Shown in pieces: positions 8,403 to 15,276 of a stretch of 29,562 nt of DNA. Where the stretch lies: NCBI GenBank assembly GCA_003663445.1, contig QMZZ01000001.1:1-29562 (forward strand). Reading direction: 5' to 3'. Origin of the DNA: Candidatus Aenigmatarchaeota archaeon. GTDB taxonomy: Archaea; Aenigmatarchaeota; Aenigmatarchaeia; QMZP01. Made by a program: the position numbers and the translations under genes. The notes beneath the pieces are model-generated. The model did no database searches. It saw only the letters and a list, made by a program, of their open reading frames with translations, and had not been told where the DNA came from. How positions within the stretch are numbered: the stretch's first letter is position 1; the number at the start of each line of letters is the position of its first letter.

Positions 8403-8704
8403 TACTCTCCCTCCCGGCGGGCCGAACCTCCCACCGACATCTCCTCGCTCCTCTCGATGAAGAGCTGCATGACCTTCCCGGGCTGGGCGGAGTTCGTCAC
8501 CAAGACGTCCTCAAAATCCATCTCGAAAACTATCATGGAGGGCCAGGTGAGCGGGCTCAGGGGTATGGCCGGGGACGTGGTGCTGTTGAACCTTATGGAC
8601 GCGCTCCCGGTCAGCCTGAAAACCGTCAGGGACTTTCCGGAAATCTTTAGGCTCTTGTTTGTCCTTTCGGTGTCCAGGCGGAGGGTAACGAAGTCGTAGG
8701 CCAT
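8402..8704 (-). CDS. Small beta-sandwich virion protein
   Basis: 100 aa all-beta pattern; stop overlaps the start of the beta-helix gene; TATA-like box upstream. Confidence 0.5.
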   Translation of the reverse strand: MAYDFVTLRLDTERTNKSLKISGKSLTVFRLTGSASIRFNSTTSPAIPLSPLTWPSMIVFEMDFEDVLVTNSAQPGKVMQLFIERSEEMSVGGSARREGE

Positions 8705-8725
8705 ATAAAGAATTTGCTCCCCCTT

Positions 8726-8926
8726 TTAATAAAACTTCTTGATTCCGAGAACGAAGCTGTCTACCGCGGACTCCTCGTCGTTCCCGTAGAACTCCAGGCC
8801 CCTCCACCTGACCCTGTACCTCCTCTCGGAGAGCTTCTCCACGTGGGCCACGTAGACCTCGCCGTCCACCTCGACGGAAACGGTCTTCCTCTCGAGGACC
8901 GGCCTGTACTCGATGTCGTGGCTCAT
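8726..8926 (-). CDS. Hypothetical protein (66 aa)
   Basis: Start re-called at MSHDIEY; ATGA overlap with the upstream micro-ORF. Confidence 0.55.
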   Translation of the reverse strand: MSHDIEYRPVLERKTVSVEVDGEVYVAHVEKLSERRYRVRWRGLEFYGNDEESAVDSFVLGIKKFY

Positions 8927-9033
8927 TTCTCGTATATTTTTAGCCTCTTGTAGATTTCCTTCTCCTTCTCCTCGTCCGGGTCCCCCAAAACGGACATCGC
9001 GATTCCAACCCCGACAAAAAGCCACCAGATCAT
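8923..9033 (-). CDS. 36-aa single-TM microprotein
   Basis: MIWWLFVGVGIAMSVLGDPDEEKEKEIYKRLKIYEK; ATGA overlaps at both ends. Confidence 0.55.
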   Translation of the reverse strand: MIWWLFVGVGIAMSVLGDPDEEKEKEIYKRLKIYEK

Positions 9034-9227
9034 ATCAGAAGGTTGGCTATCAGGGCCAGGAGCAGGGCGGTGTTAAAGCCGAACATGACCTTGGTTATTA
9101 TGTCGAGCTTTCCCTCCACCCTGCCGAGCCTTTTCTCGACGTCGCCTATCCTGTCGTGAAGGCTGACCACGCTTCTCAGCACAGCCTCCCCGTGGGATTC
9201 CATCGGGCAGTCCTTCTTCCCTTTCAT
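9030..9227 (-). CDS. Coiled-coil protein with C-terminal TM helix (65 aa)
   Basis: LHDRIGDVEKRLGRVEGKLD followed by VMFGFNTALLLALIANLLI. Confidence 0.6.
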   Translation of the reverse strand: MKGKKDCPMESHGEAVLRSVVSLHDRIGDVEKRLGRVEGKLDIITKVMFGFNTALLLALIANLLI

Positions 9228-9376
9228 AGCCTCTCCATGGCCACGCCTATCAGCAGGATCAGGAAGGCGAGGAACATCGCCCAGTAGGACCACTCCTTGC
9301 CGTAGCCCATCAGGGACGCCAGCGCCGACGCAGTCGAGGCCCAGAGGGTTATCCCCCTTACAGGAGTCGTTTTCAT
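9224..9376 (-). CDS. 50-aa two-TM membrane protein
   Basis: MKTTPVRGITLWASTASALASLMGYGKEWSYWAMFLAFLILLIGVAMERL; leaderless, TATA 28 nt upstream. Confidence 0.6.
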   Translation of the reverse strand: MKTTPVRGITLWASTASALASLMGYGKEWSYWAMFLAFLILLIGVAMERL

Positions 9377-9410
9377 ATTAAATTTTGGGTTTTCCCTTTT
9401 TAAATTTCGT

Positions 9411-9542
9411 TTAAACCTCGTATCTTCTGGACGACAGAACCACCCCCACGTTTGTCATCAGCCACAGCCACCAGGGGTTGAAATACTCCAGCCTCTCCTC
9501 CGAGGCCACCGTCACCGTCCTGGCGGAGTCTAAAACATCCAT
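9411..9542 (-). CDS. 43-aa microprotein
   Basis: MDVLDSARTVTVASEERLEYFNPWWLWLMTNVGVVLSSRRYEV; overlaps the upstream gene end. Confidence 0.4.
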   Translation of the reverse strand: MDVLDSARTVTVASEERLEYFNPWWLWLMTNVGVVLSSRRYEV

Positions 9543-9697
9543 CCCATCATACCTCCCGCAACCGCCCCGGCTGAAATGAGGCTCAAATAGTAGCCGGAGG
9601 GATTGGCAACCTCTCCAGAGGCAACCTTAGAGCTGGCTATCATGAATGCTGACAGGGCTCCCAAAATCGCTCCCCCAACTATCTTTTTGGCTTCCAT
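9530..9697 (-). CDS. 55-aa two-TM membrane protein
   Basis: MEAKKIVGGAILGALSAFMIASSKVASGEVANPSGYYLSLISAGAVAGGMMGWMF; TGATG overlap. Confidence 0.55.
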   Translation of the reverse strand: MEAKKIVGGAILGALSAFMIASSKVASGEVANPSGYYLSLISAGAVAGGMMGWMF

Positions 9698-10011
9698 CAC
9701 TCCACGTGACCGGCTTCCACCCTTATCGTGAGGTCCCTACCGGGCATCGTCAGGGACCAGGTGAAGATGGTTTCCTGGCCAACGTCGAGAACGGCCTCCT
9801 GCCTCGCCCCTATCTCGGTGTTGTCGTAGGTGTCCACGAGCCTGCACCAGATGGTGTCGGAGGCCTCTCCGTCGTTCCTGACGGTCACGTTCACCGTTAT
9901 CGTCTCTCCCTCGTGGGCCGTCGAGGGGGCTGAAACGCTGACTATGGTCGCGAACCCCTCGAGCAGAAGGGTTATGGTAAATTCTTGGGTGGAGTCTATT
10001 ATGTCGGCCAT
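9697..10011 (-). CDS. Stand-alone CARDB/Ig-like domain protein
   Basis: ITVNVTVRNDG...IWCRLVDTYD...MP.RDLTIRVEAGH; paralogous to the C-terminus of 6078..6974. Confidence 0.65.
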   Translation of the reverse strand: MADIIDSTQEFTITLLLEGFATIVSVSAPSTAHEGETITVNVTVRNDGEASDTIWCRLVDTYDNTEIGARQEAVLDVGQETIFTWSLTMPGRDLTIRVEAGHVE

Positions 10012-10042
10012 ATTAAGACTTTGACCTGCCTATTTAAAAAGC

Positions 10043-10822
10043 TTAGGAGACGGTCACCCTGTATCCCCAGTGGGCCCTCGACTCCTGTATTTTGGCGTAC
10101 TCGTAAAGAACCCCTGCGGGCTGGGGCGGCGAGTAGTAGAAGTACCAGTTTATGCGGCTGCAGTCCGCAGGCGGGGAAATGTTTTCCTGCTCGAAGTACC
10201 ACGTCCAGATGTTGCTCGGATCCTCTCCGGACTGCTCGGTAACGACCACCCTGACCTTCGGCGAGGAGAAGCAGTTTGTGTCGAAGCAGAAGTACATGTA
10301 ATCGTTCACGGAGAAATCGGTGGTCAGGTCCCTACATCCAGCCGAGTAGCTCTTTCCAGAAACCATGTTGCTTACAGAGACGGTGGACGGGTTCTCGAAA
10401 GGAATCACGTTCAACACGGCATCCGCCTCTCCGGATGCTCCCGTGTCGGTGGTGAACCTGATCTTCAGAGGATTATTTCCGGCCACGGTCATGGCAGGTA
10501 TGGTGAAACTTCCTGATGTGGACTTTTCCTCGCCTGGGCTCAGGAAAAGCGAAGGCAAGTCCAGAAGCTTCCTCTCGATCCCGTCCTCGTCGATTAAAAC
10601 CACGTCAGGGTAAACCCGAACTTCCGAGTCCGTTCCGTTTCTTATCGAAACCTCGACCCCGACCGTGTCCCCCCTCTGGCCCTGCCCGACGCTGATCCCG
10701 GTTACCTCCACCTCTCCGGGAGGAGATGGGGGAGCGGGAGCTGCCCTGACCCTTGACAGAAGCAGAAGTGCTATTGCTCCTGCTCCCGCTCCCACAACCA
10801 AGGCAGCTTTTTTAGTATCCAT
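10043..10822 (-). CDS. N-terminally membrane-anchored Ig-like protein
   Basis: Start re-called at MDTKKAALVVG. TM helix, Pro linker (APAPPSPPGEV), Ig-like domain (VEVSIRNG...LSPGEEKS..FTIP), then a second beta domain. Confidence 0.6.
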   Translation of the reverse strand: MDTKKAALVVGAGAGAIALLLLSRVRAAPAPPSPPGEVEVTGISVGQGQRGDTVGVEVSIRNGTDSEVRVYPDVVLIDEDGIERKLLDLPSLFLSPGEEKSTSGSFTIPAMTVAGNNPLKIRFTTDTGASGEADAVLNVIPFENPSTVSVSNMVSGKSYSAGCRDLTTDFSVNDYMYFCFDTNCFSSPKVRVVVTEQSGEDPSNIWTWYFEQENISPPADCSRINWYFYYSPPQPAGVLYEYAKIQESRAHWGYRVTVS

Positions 10823-11078
10823 ACCTGATTTCCCGGCAGGGCGAGGACGAGACCTGAACCTGGGCCTCCCTCGGCCCGGCAACGCTGAAGATCAGGCCGG
10901 AAACGAAGGTCGAGGCCATGACGGAGAGAAAAATCTGCCTAATCCTTTCCTCCCTCTCGGACTTCTCTATTTTCGGGTAGCCGAGGGCCTCTGGCCATGG
11001 GAACTTTCCGGTTATCCACGAGACTATCACCGCGGTTATCGTTCCCGTGACCAGGCTCGGCAGGAGTATGTTGTCCAT
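10812..11078 (-). CDS. Two-TM membrane protein, paralog B
   Basis: Start re-called at MDNILL; WITGKFP...GPREAQVQVS. Confidence 0.6.
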   Translation of the reverse strand: MDNILLPSLVTGTITAVIVSWITGKFPWPEALGYPKIEKSEREERIRQIFLSVMASTFVSGLIFSVAGPREAQVQVSSSPCREIRYGY

Positions 11079-11080
11079 GG

Positions 11081-11326
11081 CTATATGTACTCGGGGGGAA
11101 CCGCGACCCTTCTCAGGACCGAAACCTGGGCGGCCTCGGCGGGCCTGGGGGCTGCCATCGCCATCAGGGCGAGGCCAGCCACGGTAACCAGGGAGTAGGA
11201 TGCTATCCTCCTGACCTTCTCCGAGGTGACCTCCTTGGGCTCTCCCTTCACAGGGAGGTCCCCGGACAGCCACGCCCCGACCAGGGGTATTCCTATCCCG
11301 CCTATGATCACTCCTGCCCAGCTCAT
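11081..11326 (-). CDS. Two-TM membrane protein, paralog A
   Basis: Start re-called at MSWAG; WLSGDLP...APRPAEAAQVS. Confidence 0.6.
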   Translation of the reverse strand: MSWAGVIIGGIGIPLVGAWLSGDLPVKGEPKEVTSEKVRRIASYSLVTVAGLALMAMAAPRPAEAAQVSVLRRVAVPPEYI

Positions 11327-11730
11327 GCTCTCGCCTCCATGCTTTCTATCGAAACCGAGTATCCGGTAGAGGAAACGTTGAGAAGCCCGTAGCACTTCGC
11401 CGAGGCCCACCTCTGCGAGTAGTCTCCAGCCTCCCAGTCAGCCTTCGACCTCCAGACCTCGACTATCCAGTCTATGCTCCTTCCTGCCCAGTCAGAGGGG
11501 ACCCCGTCGGTGAACTGGCAGATGAAGGTTCTCGTCCCCCCGGGCGGAACCGAGGATGTGGATTCAAAGCTACACCAAGCCCCTGCTCCCGCTGCAACGC
11601 TCAGAACGAAGAAACCCCGCGGCAGGTCGACGGTTCCGGTGTTTTTAATGGTAGCCCAGACCTCTATGTACTGCCCTGGGCTTACGTTGGCCGATCTGCA
11701 GGTCGTGTATATCTCGACTTCCGGACTCAT
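11323..11730 (-). CDS. CARDB/Ig-like protein
   Basis: VSPGQYIEVWATIKNTG...VPPGGTRTF; three Cys; leaderless promoter. Confidence 0.65.
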   Translation of the reverse strand: MSPEVEIYTTCRSANVSPGQYIEVWATIKNTGTVDLPRGFFVLSVAAGAGAWCSFESTSSVPPGGTRTFICQFTDGVPSDWAGRSIDWIVEVWRSKADWEAGDYSQRWASAKCYGLLNVSSTGYSVSIESMEARA

Positions 11731-11748
11731 ATTTATTTTTAGCCTTTT

Positions 11749-12189
11749 TTATTTAAATCCCCCCTGTGATATCAGGGTTCCGGCGGCCAGCATAGCCAAG
11801 GCCCACCAGGGCAGGGCAAACGCCACCGCCTTCCTGGTGCTCTCTATGGTTATTTCCATGGAGTCGTCGTAAACTTTCTGGGAGTCCTCGAGGTGACCGA
11901 GCTCTACCTTCAGCCTCCAGTCCCTCTCCGGCATGGTGAAGGGCGGGTCGTTCCAGAGGGTTCCGCTGTGGCCCGCTGGCAGTTTCACCTGATCTATGGA
12001 GATGCCCCAGACAACCTCCCCGGTGTCGAGGTCGGTTATCCTCGCGCACAGATAGCCGCTCTCGTCCCCGGCGTTCAGCCAGTCTATGTATACCGTGACC
12101 GGCCCCCCGGGGTCGCACCTTCCCTCGGTTTCCTGGCCCTCAACCTGACCGACTGCCCTGATTCCGGTTATCAAGAACCTCGCTGGCAT
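11749..12189 (-). CDS. CARDB/Ig-like protein with C-terminal TM anchor
   Basis: VTVYIDWLNAG...CARITDLD...FTMPERDWRLKVELGH, then AVAFALPWWALAMLAAG; RBS GGAGGTG. Confidence 0.6.
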   Translation of the reverse strand: MPARFLITGIRAVGQVEGQETEGRCDPGGPVTVYIDWLNAGDESGYLCARITDLDTGEVVWGISIDQVKLPAGHSGTLWNDPPFTMPERDWRLKVELGHLEDSQKVYDDSMEITIESTRKAVAFALPWWALAMLAAGTLISQGGFK

Positions 12190-12338
12190 CAGGTCTTCAC
12201 CTCCATGCTCACTATTTCAGCCGAAACCTCTCCGGGAGGAGGCGGAGGAGAGGGAGCGGTAGGCCTGAAAAGGTACCATATAAGCACCACTACCGCTATC
12301 GGGACCGAAATTGCCAGGACATCCTTTGCCGTTACCAT
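12189..12338 (-). CDS. 49-aa membrane microprotein: TM, poly-Pro, terminal beta-strand
   Basis: MVTAKDVLAISVPIAVVVLIWYLFRPTAPSPPPPPGEVSAEIVSMEVKT; RBS GGAGGT; TGATG overlap. Confidence 0.65.
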   Translation of the reverse strand: MVTAKDVLAISVPIAVVVLIWYLFRPTAPSPPPPPGEVSAEIVSMEVKT

Positions 12339-12339
12339 T

Positions 12340-13308
12340 CTACCTCCTTATGAAGCTTATCACCGAGGCGGCCAGGCCCACTATCGCTATAACCATGAGG
12401 GCCTCTATCACCTTCGGTATCATCTCCATTATGCTGTGCTGGACCTCTGTGGCCTTCTCATAGCCTTCCTTCTGGTAGGCGAGCAGGGTCTGGCATGTCC
12501 TGTCTATGGCCTCGAGGTACGGCTGACACTGATCCATGGTCAGGCCCTGCTCCTGGCACGCTCTGATCTGGCTCTCCCTCATTTCCTGGCACTGCTGGAG
12601 GGCGGCCTCCAGGTGGGCATAGTAGGAGTCCAGGGTGAGCTTGTTTATCAGGGCAGGGAAAACGAAAACCCCGTAGGCGGTTATCACGGCGAGGATGGCT
12701 ATTATCAGGTAGGCTATGACAGGGGCCAGCATGGCCCTCGCCTGGCCGTAGGGAACGGTGGTGTAGACGTTCAGGTAAACGAGCTCGTCCGTGACCGGTA
12801 TCACGCTCCTGACCCTCGGCTCGTATCCGCTTGCCAGAAGCTCGTCCCCCATCCTGTTCAAGACGTCGGTAACGAGCTGGTTGGGAATGTACCCGTCGGT
12901 GGCGGCGAGAACCGTCTGGAACCTCACTATGTCGTATTCCTTGCTCCTGTTCGCAAACCTGCCGACTATAACGGTCATTATGTCGTAGGTGTCCAGAAGG
13001 TGCCACCCAGCACAGCTCATGACCCTGTAACCGTAGAATGTTCTGTCCTGAATGACTATCTTCTTGTAGTCCACCGGGGTTATCTCCCTGAAAACCCCGT
13101 TTTTAACCAGGTAGTCGTAAACCCTGTTGGCTTCCTGGGCACCAACCACGATTATGAGGTCGGCATCCGTGTCGAAGGGAAATTCCGACGTCTGAACGAT
13201 CTCCACCGGGTATCCCTTCAGCTCGAGCAGCAGCTTCAGGTCCCAGGCGGTGCCCGAATCTGTCGAGGAATCGTACTGTATTAGAATCTTTTCGGCGTAG
13301 TAGGCCAT
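12340..13308 (-). CDS. Membrane protein with N-terminal cell-wall-binding-2/S-layer-like alpha/beta domain and two TM helices
   Basis: DLIIVVGAQEANRVY...MSCAGWHLLDT; TM MLAPVIAYLIIAILAVITAYGVFVF; four-Cys helical loop; C-terminal TM. Confidence 0.5.
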   Translation of the reverse strand: MAYYAEKILIQYDSSTDSGTAWDLKLLLELKGYPVEIVQTSEFPFDTDADLIIVVGAQEANRVYDYLVKNGVFREITPVDYKKIVIQDRTFYGYRVMSCAGWHLLDTYDIMTVIVGRFANRSKEYDIVRFQTVLAATDGYIPNQLVTDVLNRMGDELLASGYEPRVRSVIPVTDELVYLNVYTTVPYGQARAMLAPVIAYLIIAILAVITAYGVFVFPALINKLTLDSYYAHLEAALQQCQEMRESQIRACQEQGLTMDQCQPYLEAIDRTCQTLLAYQKEGYEKATEVQHSIMEMIPKVIEALMVIAIVGLAASVISFIRR

Positions 13309-13319
13309 ATTAAAGGTTT

Positions 13320-13341
13320 GGGTTTTTTAAATAAAAAACCC
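13320..13341. promoter_or_regulatory. Bidirectional quasi-palindromic TATA element
   Basis: gggttttttaaataaaaaaccc (20/22 self-complementary) lies between divergent ATGs at 13308 (-) and 13352 (+). Confidence 0.7.
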
Positions 13342-13351
13342 CACTATAAAT

Positions 13352-13657
13352 ATGGACGAGAAGAACCTTTTGCTCGGCCTCGGAGGGGCCTTGACCACGG
13401 CTGCGATAGACTGGGCCTTCGAGCACATCTGGCAGACAACCCCGGAAGTCCACGGACAGTTTCCCTATATCGTGGTGGCAGATCCCCTGCCTCCAGTAGA
13501 CGACCTGATAACGGCCTCGGTTCCGGCGATAATATATGCAATCGGGCATGTGACAGACTCCGAGCCCATGAAAAGCTTCGGGGTCGGCGGGGCGATGTAC
13601 GGGCTCGGAATGCTCCTGAAGGCCATCCTCCTGAGGAACGTCACCGGGTTGAAGTGA
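13352..13657 (+). CDS. Small Gly/Ala-rich membrane protein (candidate internal-membrane virion protein)
   Basis: Three hydrophobic segments; leaderless. Confidence 0.6.
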   Translation: MDEKNLLLGLGGALTTAAIDWAFEHIWQTTPEVHGQFPYIVVADPLPPVDDLITASVPAIIYAIGHVTDSEPMKSFGVGGAMYGLGMLLKAILLRNVTGLK

Positions 13658-13658
13658 T

Positions 13659-13784
13659 ATGGATCCCGCAAAGCTGCTGAAGCTTGCGGTGCTTTTCACA
13701 CTCTCGGGTATAACCGCCTACGTTTTCACCCTGATAGCCATGCAGATCAAGAGGGAGATCGAGGAAACAGCCTCTTCGATTTAA
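13659..13784 (+). CDS. 41-aa single-TM microprotein
   Basis: MDPAKLLKLAVLFTLSGITAYVFTLIAMQIKREIEETASSI. Confidence 0.55.
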   Translation: MDPAKLLKLAVLFTLSGITAYVFTLIAMQIKREIEETASSI

Positions 13785-13806
13785 AAACCGAAAGCAAAAA
13801 CTTAAT

Positions 13807-14052
13807 ATGGAAGTGACCGGAACCGTGCTGGAGATGTGGAGCAGAGCTCCGATATCTGGGGTGGCAGTTACAGCAGACGGGCACGTGACCTCAACCGACC
13901 CCTCTGGAAGGTTTTCCCTTGACCTGCCTCCCGGAACCTACACCATCAGGTTCGTCCACGCGGACTACGAGACCGCCACGAGATCGGTTGTGGTAACCTC
14001 CCCCACAGACATAGGGACGGTTTACCTGAAGCCGATATTCACTCCGCTCTGA
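13807..14052 (+). CDS. Stand-alone carboxypeptidase-regulatory-like (transthyretin-like) domain
   Basis: VTGTV....APISGVAV......TSTDPSGRFSLDLPPGTYTIRF...DYE. Confidence 0.8.
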   Translation: MEVTGTVLEMWSRAPISGVAVTADGHVTSTDPSGRFSLDLPPGTYTIRFVHADYETATRSVVVTSPTDIGTVYLKPIFTPL

Positions 14053-14053
14053 C

Positions 14054-14989
14054 ATGCAGGCGATAAGGGTAAAGGAGGAGCTCGAGAAGGACATACTCAA
14101 GATTCCCGGAGTCGTTGGCATAGGCCTTTCCCACTCCTCGCCCCAGGTTCTGAACATATACGTTGAGAGGCTGACCCCAGAGCTCGAGAAAAAGGTCCCC
14201 CCTGTTCTCGGAGGCCTGAAAACCAGGGTCATAGAGTCAGGCAGGTTCGTGGCCCTCCAGAGAACCTCAAAGCTCAGACCCTTCCCGATGGGAGTTTCCA
14301 TAGGCCACATAGACATAACCGCGGGAACGGTCGGGATAGTGGCCGTCAGGAACGGAGAGGAATTTCTGCTCAGCAACGCCCACGTTTTCGTCCCTGATCC
14401 GAGCTCGGAATCCGTGGAAAGGACGGACGTGGTTCAGCCGGGGCCCTACGACGGGGGAACGCCCGAGGACAAGGTCGGGGACGTGGTGGAGTGGGTCAGA
14501 ATAACTCCTGACGGGGAAAACCTCGTGGACGCGGCCCTCGCCAGGCCCCTATCAAAAGACCTATATGTAAAGGAAATCCTCGATGTCGGGATACCTGTGG
14601 GCATGGCAGAAGTGGCCGTGAACGAGGTTTTAATTAAGTCTGGAAGAACGACGGGAGTGACATCAGGAAAGGTTTTGGATGTGAACGCCAGCATAACCGT
14701 TGATTACGGGACGTTTACCGCGGTTCTAAAAGACCTGATAATAACCGAAAAGATGGCTGAGGGAGGCGACTCCGGTTCCCCGGTGGTGGACTCCAACCTT
14801 AACTTCGTCGGCCTCGTTTTCGCTGGTTCCGAGAGGCTGACAGCTATATGCAAGGCCAAAAACATAACCGAGGCATTCGGAATAGAGGCCTACATCCTTC
14901 CGGCTCCGGTTCTGTTCGGCGGGGCCCTTATGATGCTTCTCGCCGGGTCGGCCCTGCTTACCTCTACTTACCAGAAAACTCCTCTATAA
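14054..14989 (+). CDS. Trypsin/chymotrypsin-like (S1/PA clan) serine protease with C-terminal membrane anchor
   Basis: TAGTVG; His in LLSNAHV, Asp in VDAALA, Ser in GGDSGSPV; ~65-aa N-terminal prodomain-like segment; hydrophobic tail. Confidence 0.88.
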   Translation: MQAIRVKEELEKDILKIPGVVGIGLSHSSPQVLNIYVERLTPELEKKVPPVLGGLKTRVIESGRFVALQRTSKLRPFPMGVSIGHIDITAGTVGIVAVRNGEEFLLSNAHVFVPDPSSESVERTDVVQPGPYDGGTPEDKVGDVVEWVRITPDGENLVDAALARPLSKDLYVKEILDVGIPVGMAEVAVNEVLIKSGRTTGVTSGKVLDVNASITVDYGTFTAVLKDLIITEKMAEGGDSGSPVVDSNLNFVGLVFAGSERLTAICKAKNITEAFGIEAYILPAPVLFGGALMMLLAGSALLTSTYQKTPL

Positions 14990-15275
14990 TCTTGCTTATC
15001 TGACTTTTCAGCTCGAAAAACATGGTGGATATGGCCTCTGATTCTGGATCCTCCTTTAACCCAGATTCCAAGTCTTTCAGGACAGCGGATATTCTCGATA
15101 CATCGAATCCACACCTTTTCAAATCTTCCAGCTGTTTTTTCATGCTTTCGATCACCTCTAAAGTTATGTCATACTTTTCTTCCATCCAAAGCTCGTGTGC
15201 TGTGTTCGCGTCTCTCAGAAACTGGGCTACCGCCATCCCGCATTCAAACCCTCTCCTCTCGAATTCCCTTCTCAT
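14964..15275 (-). CDS. Hypothetical helical protein
   Basis: 103 aa; starts 1 nt after the upstream stop. Confidence 0.55.
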   Translation of the reverse strand: MRREFERRGFECGMAVAQFLRDANTAHELWMEEKYDITLEVIESMKKQLEDLKRCGFDVSRISAVLKDLESGLKEDPESEAISTMFFELKSQISKIIEEFSGK

Positions 15276-15276
15276 A

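Noticed and set aside
2265-8704. Head-tail (Caudoviricetes) morphogenesis module
   Set aside because: No terminase, portal, HK97-size capsid, tape-measure or baseplate-like ORFs.
11893-13284. 463-aa + strand ORF (also 15022..16215, 4955..5848, 24539..25399, 5491..6069, 16948..17499 and similar)
   Set aside because: These are shadow ORFs antisense or out of frame to well-supported genes. They lack RBS/TATA and motifs, as expected with strong third-position bias.
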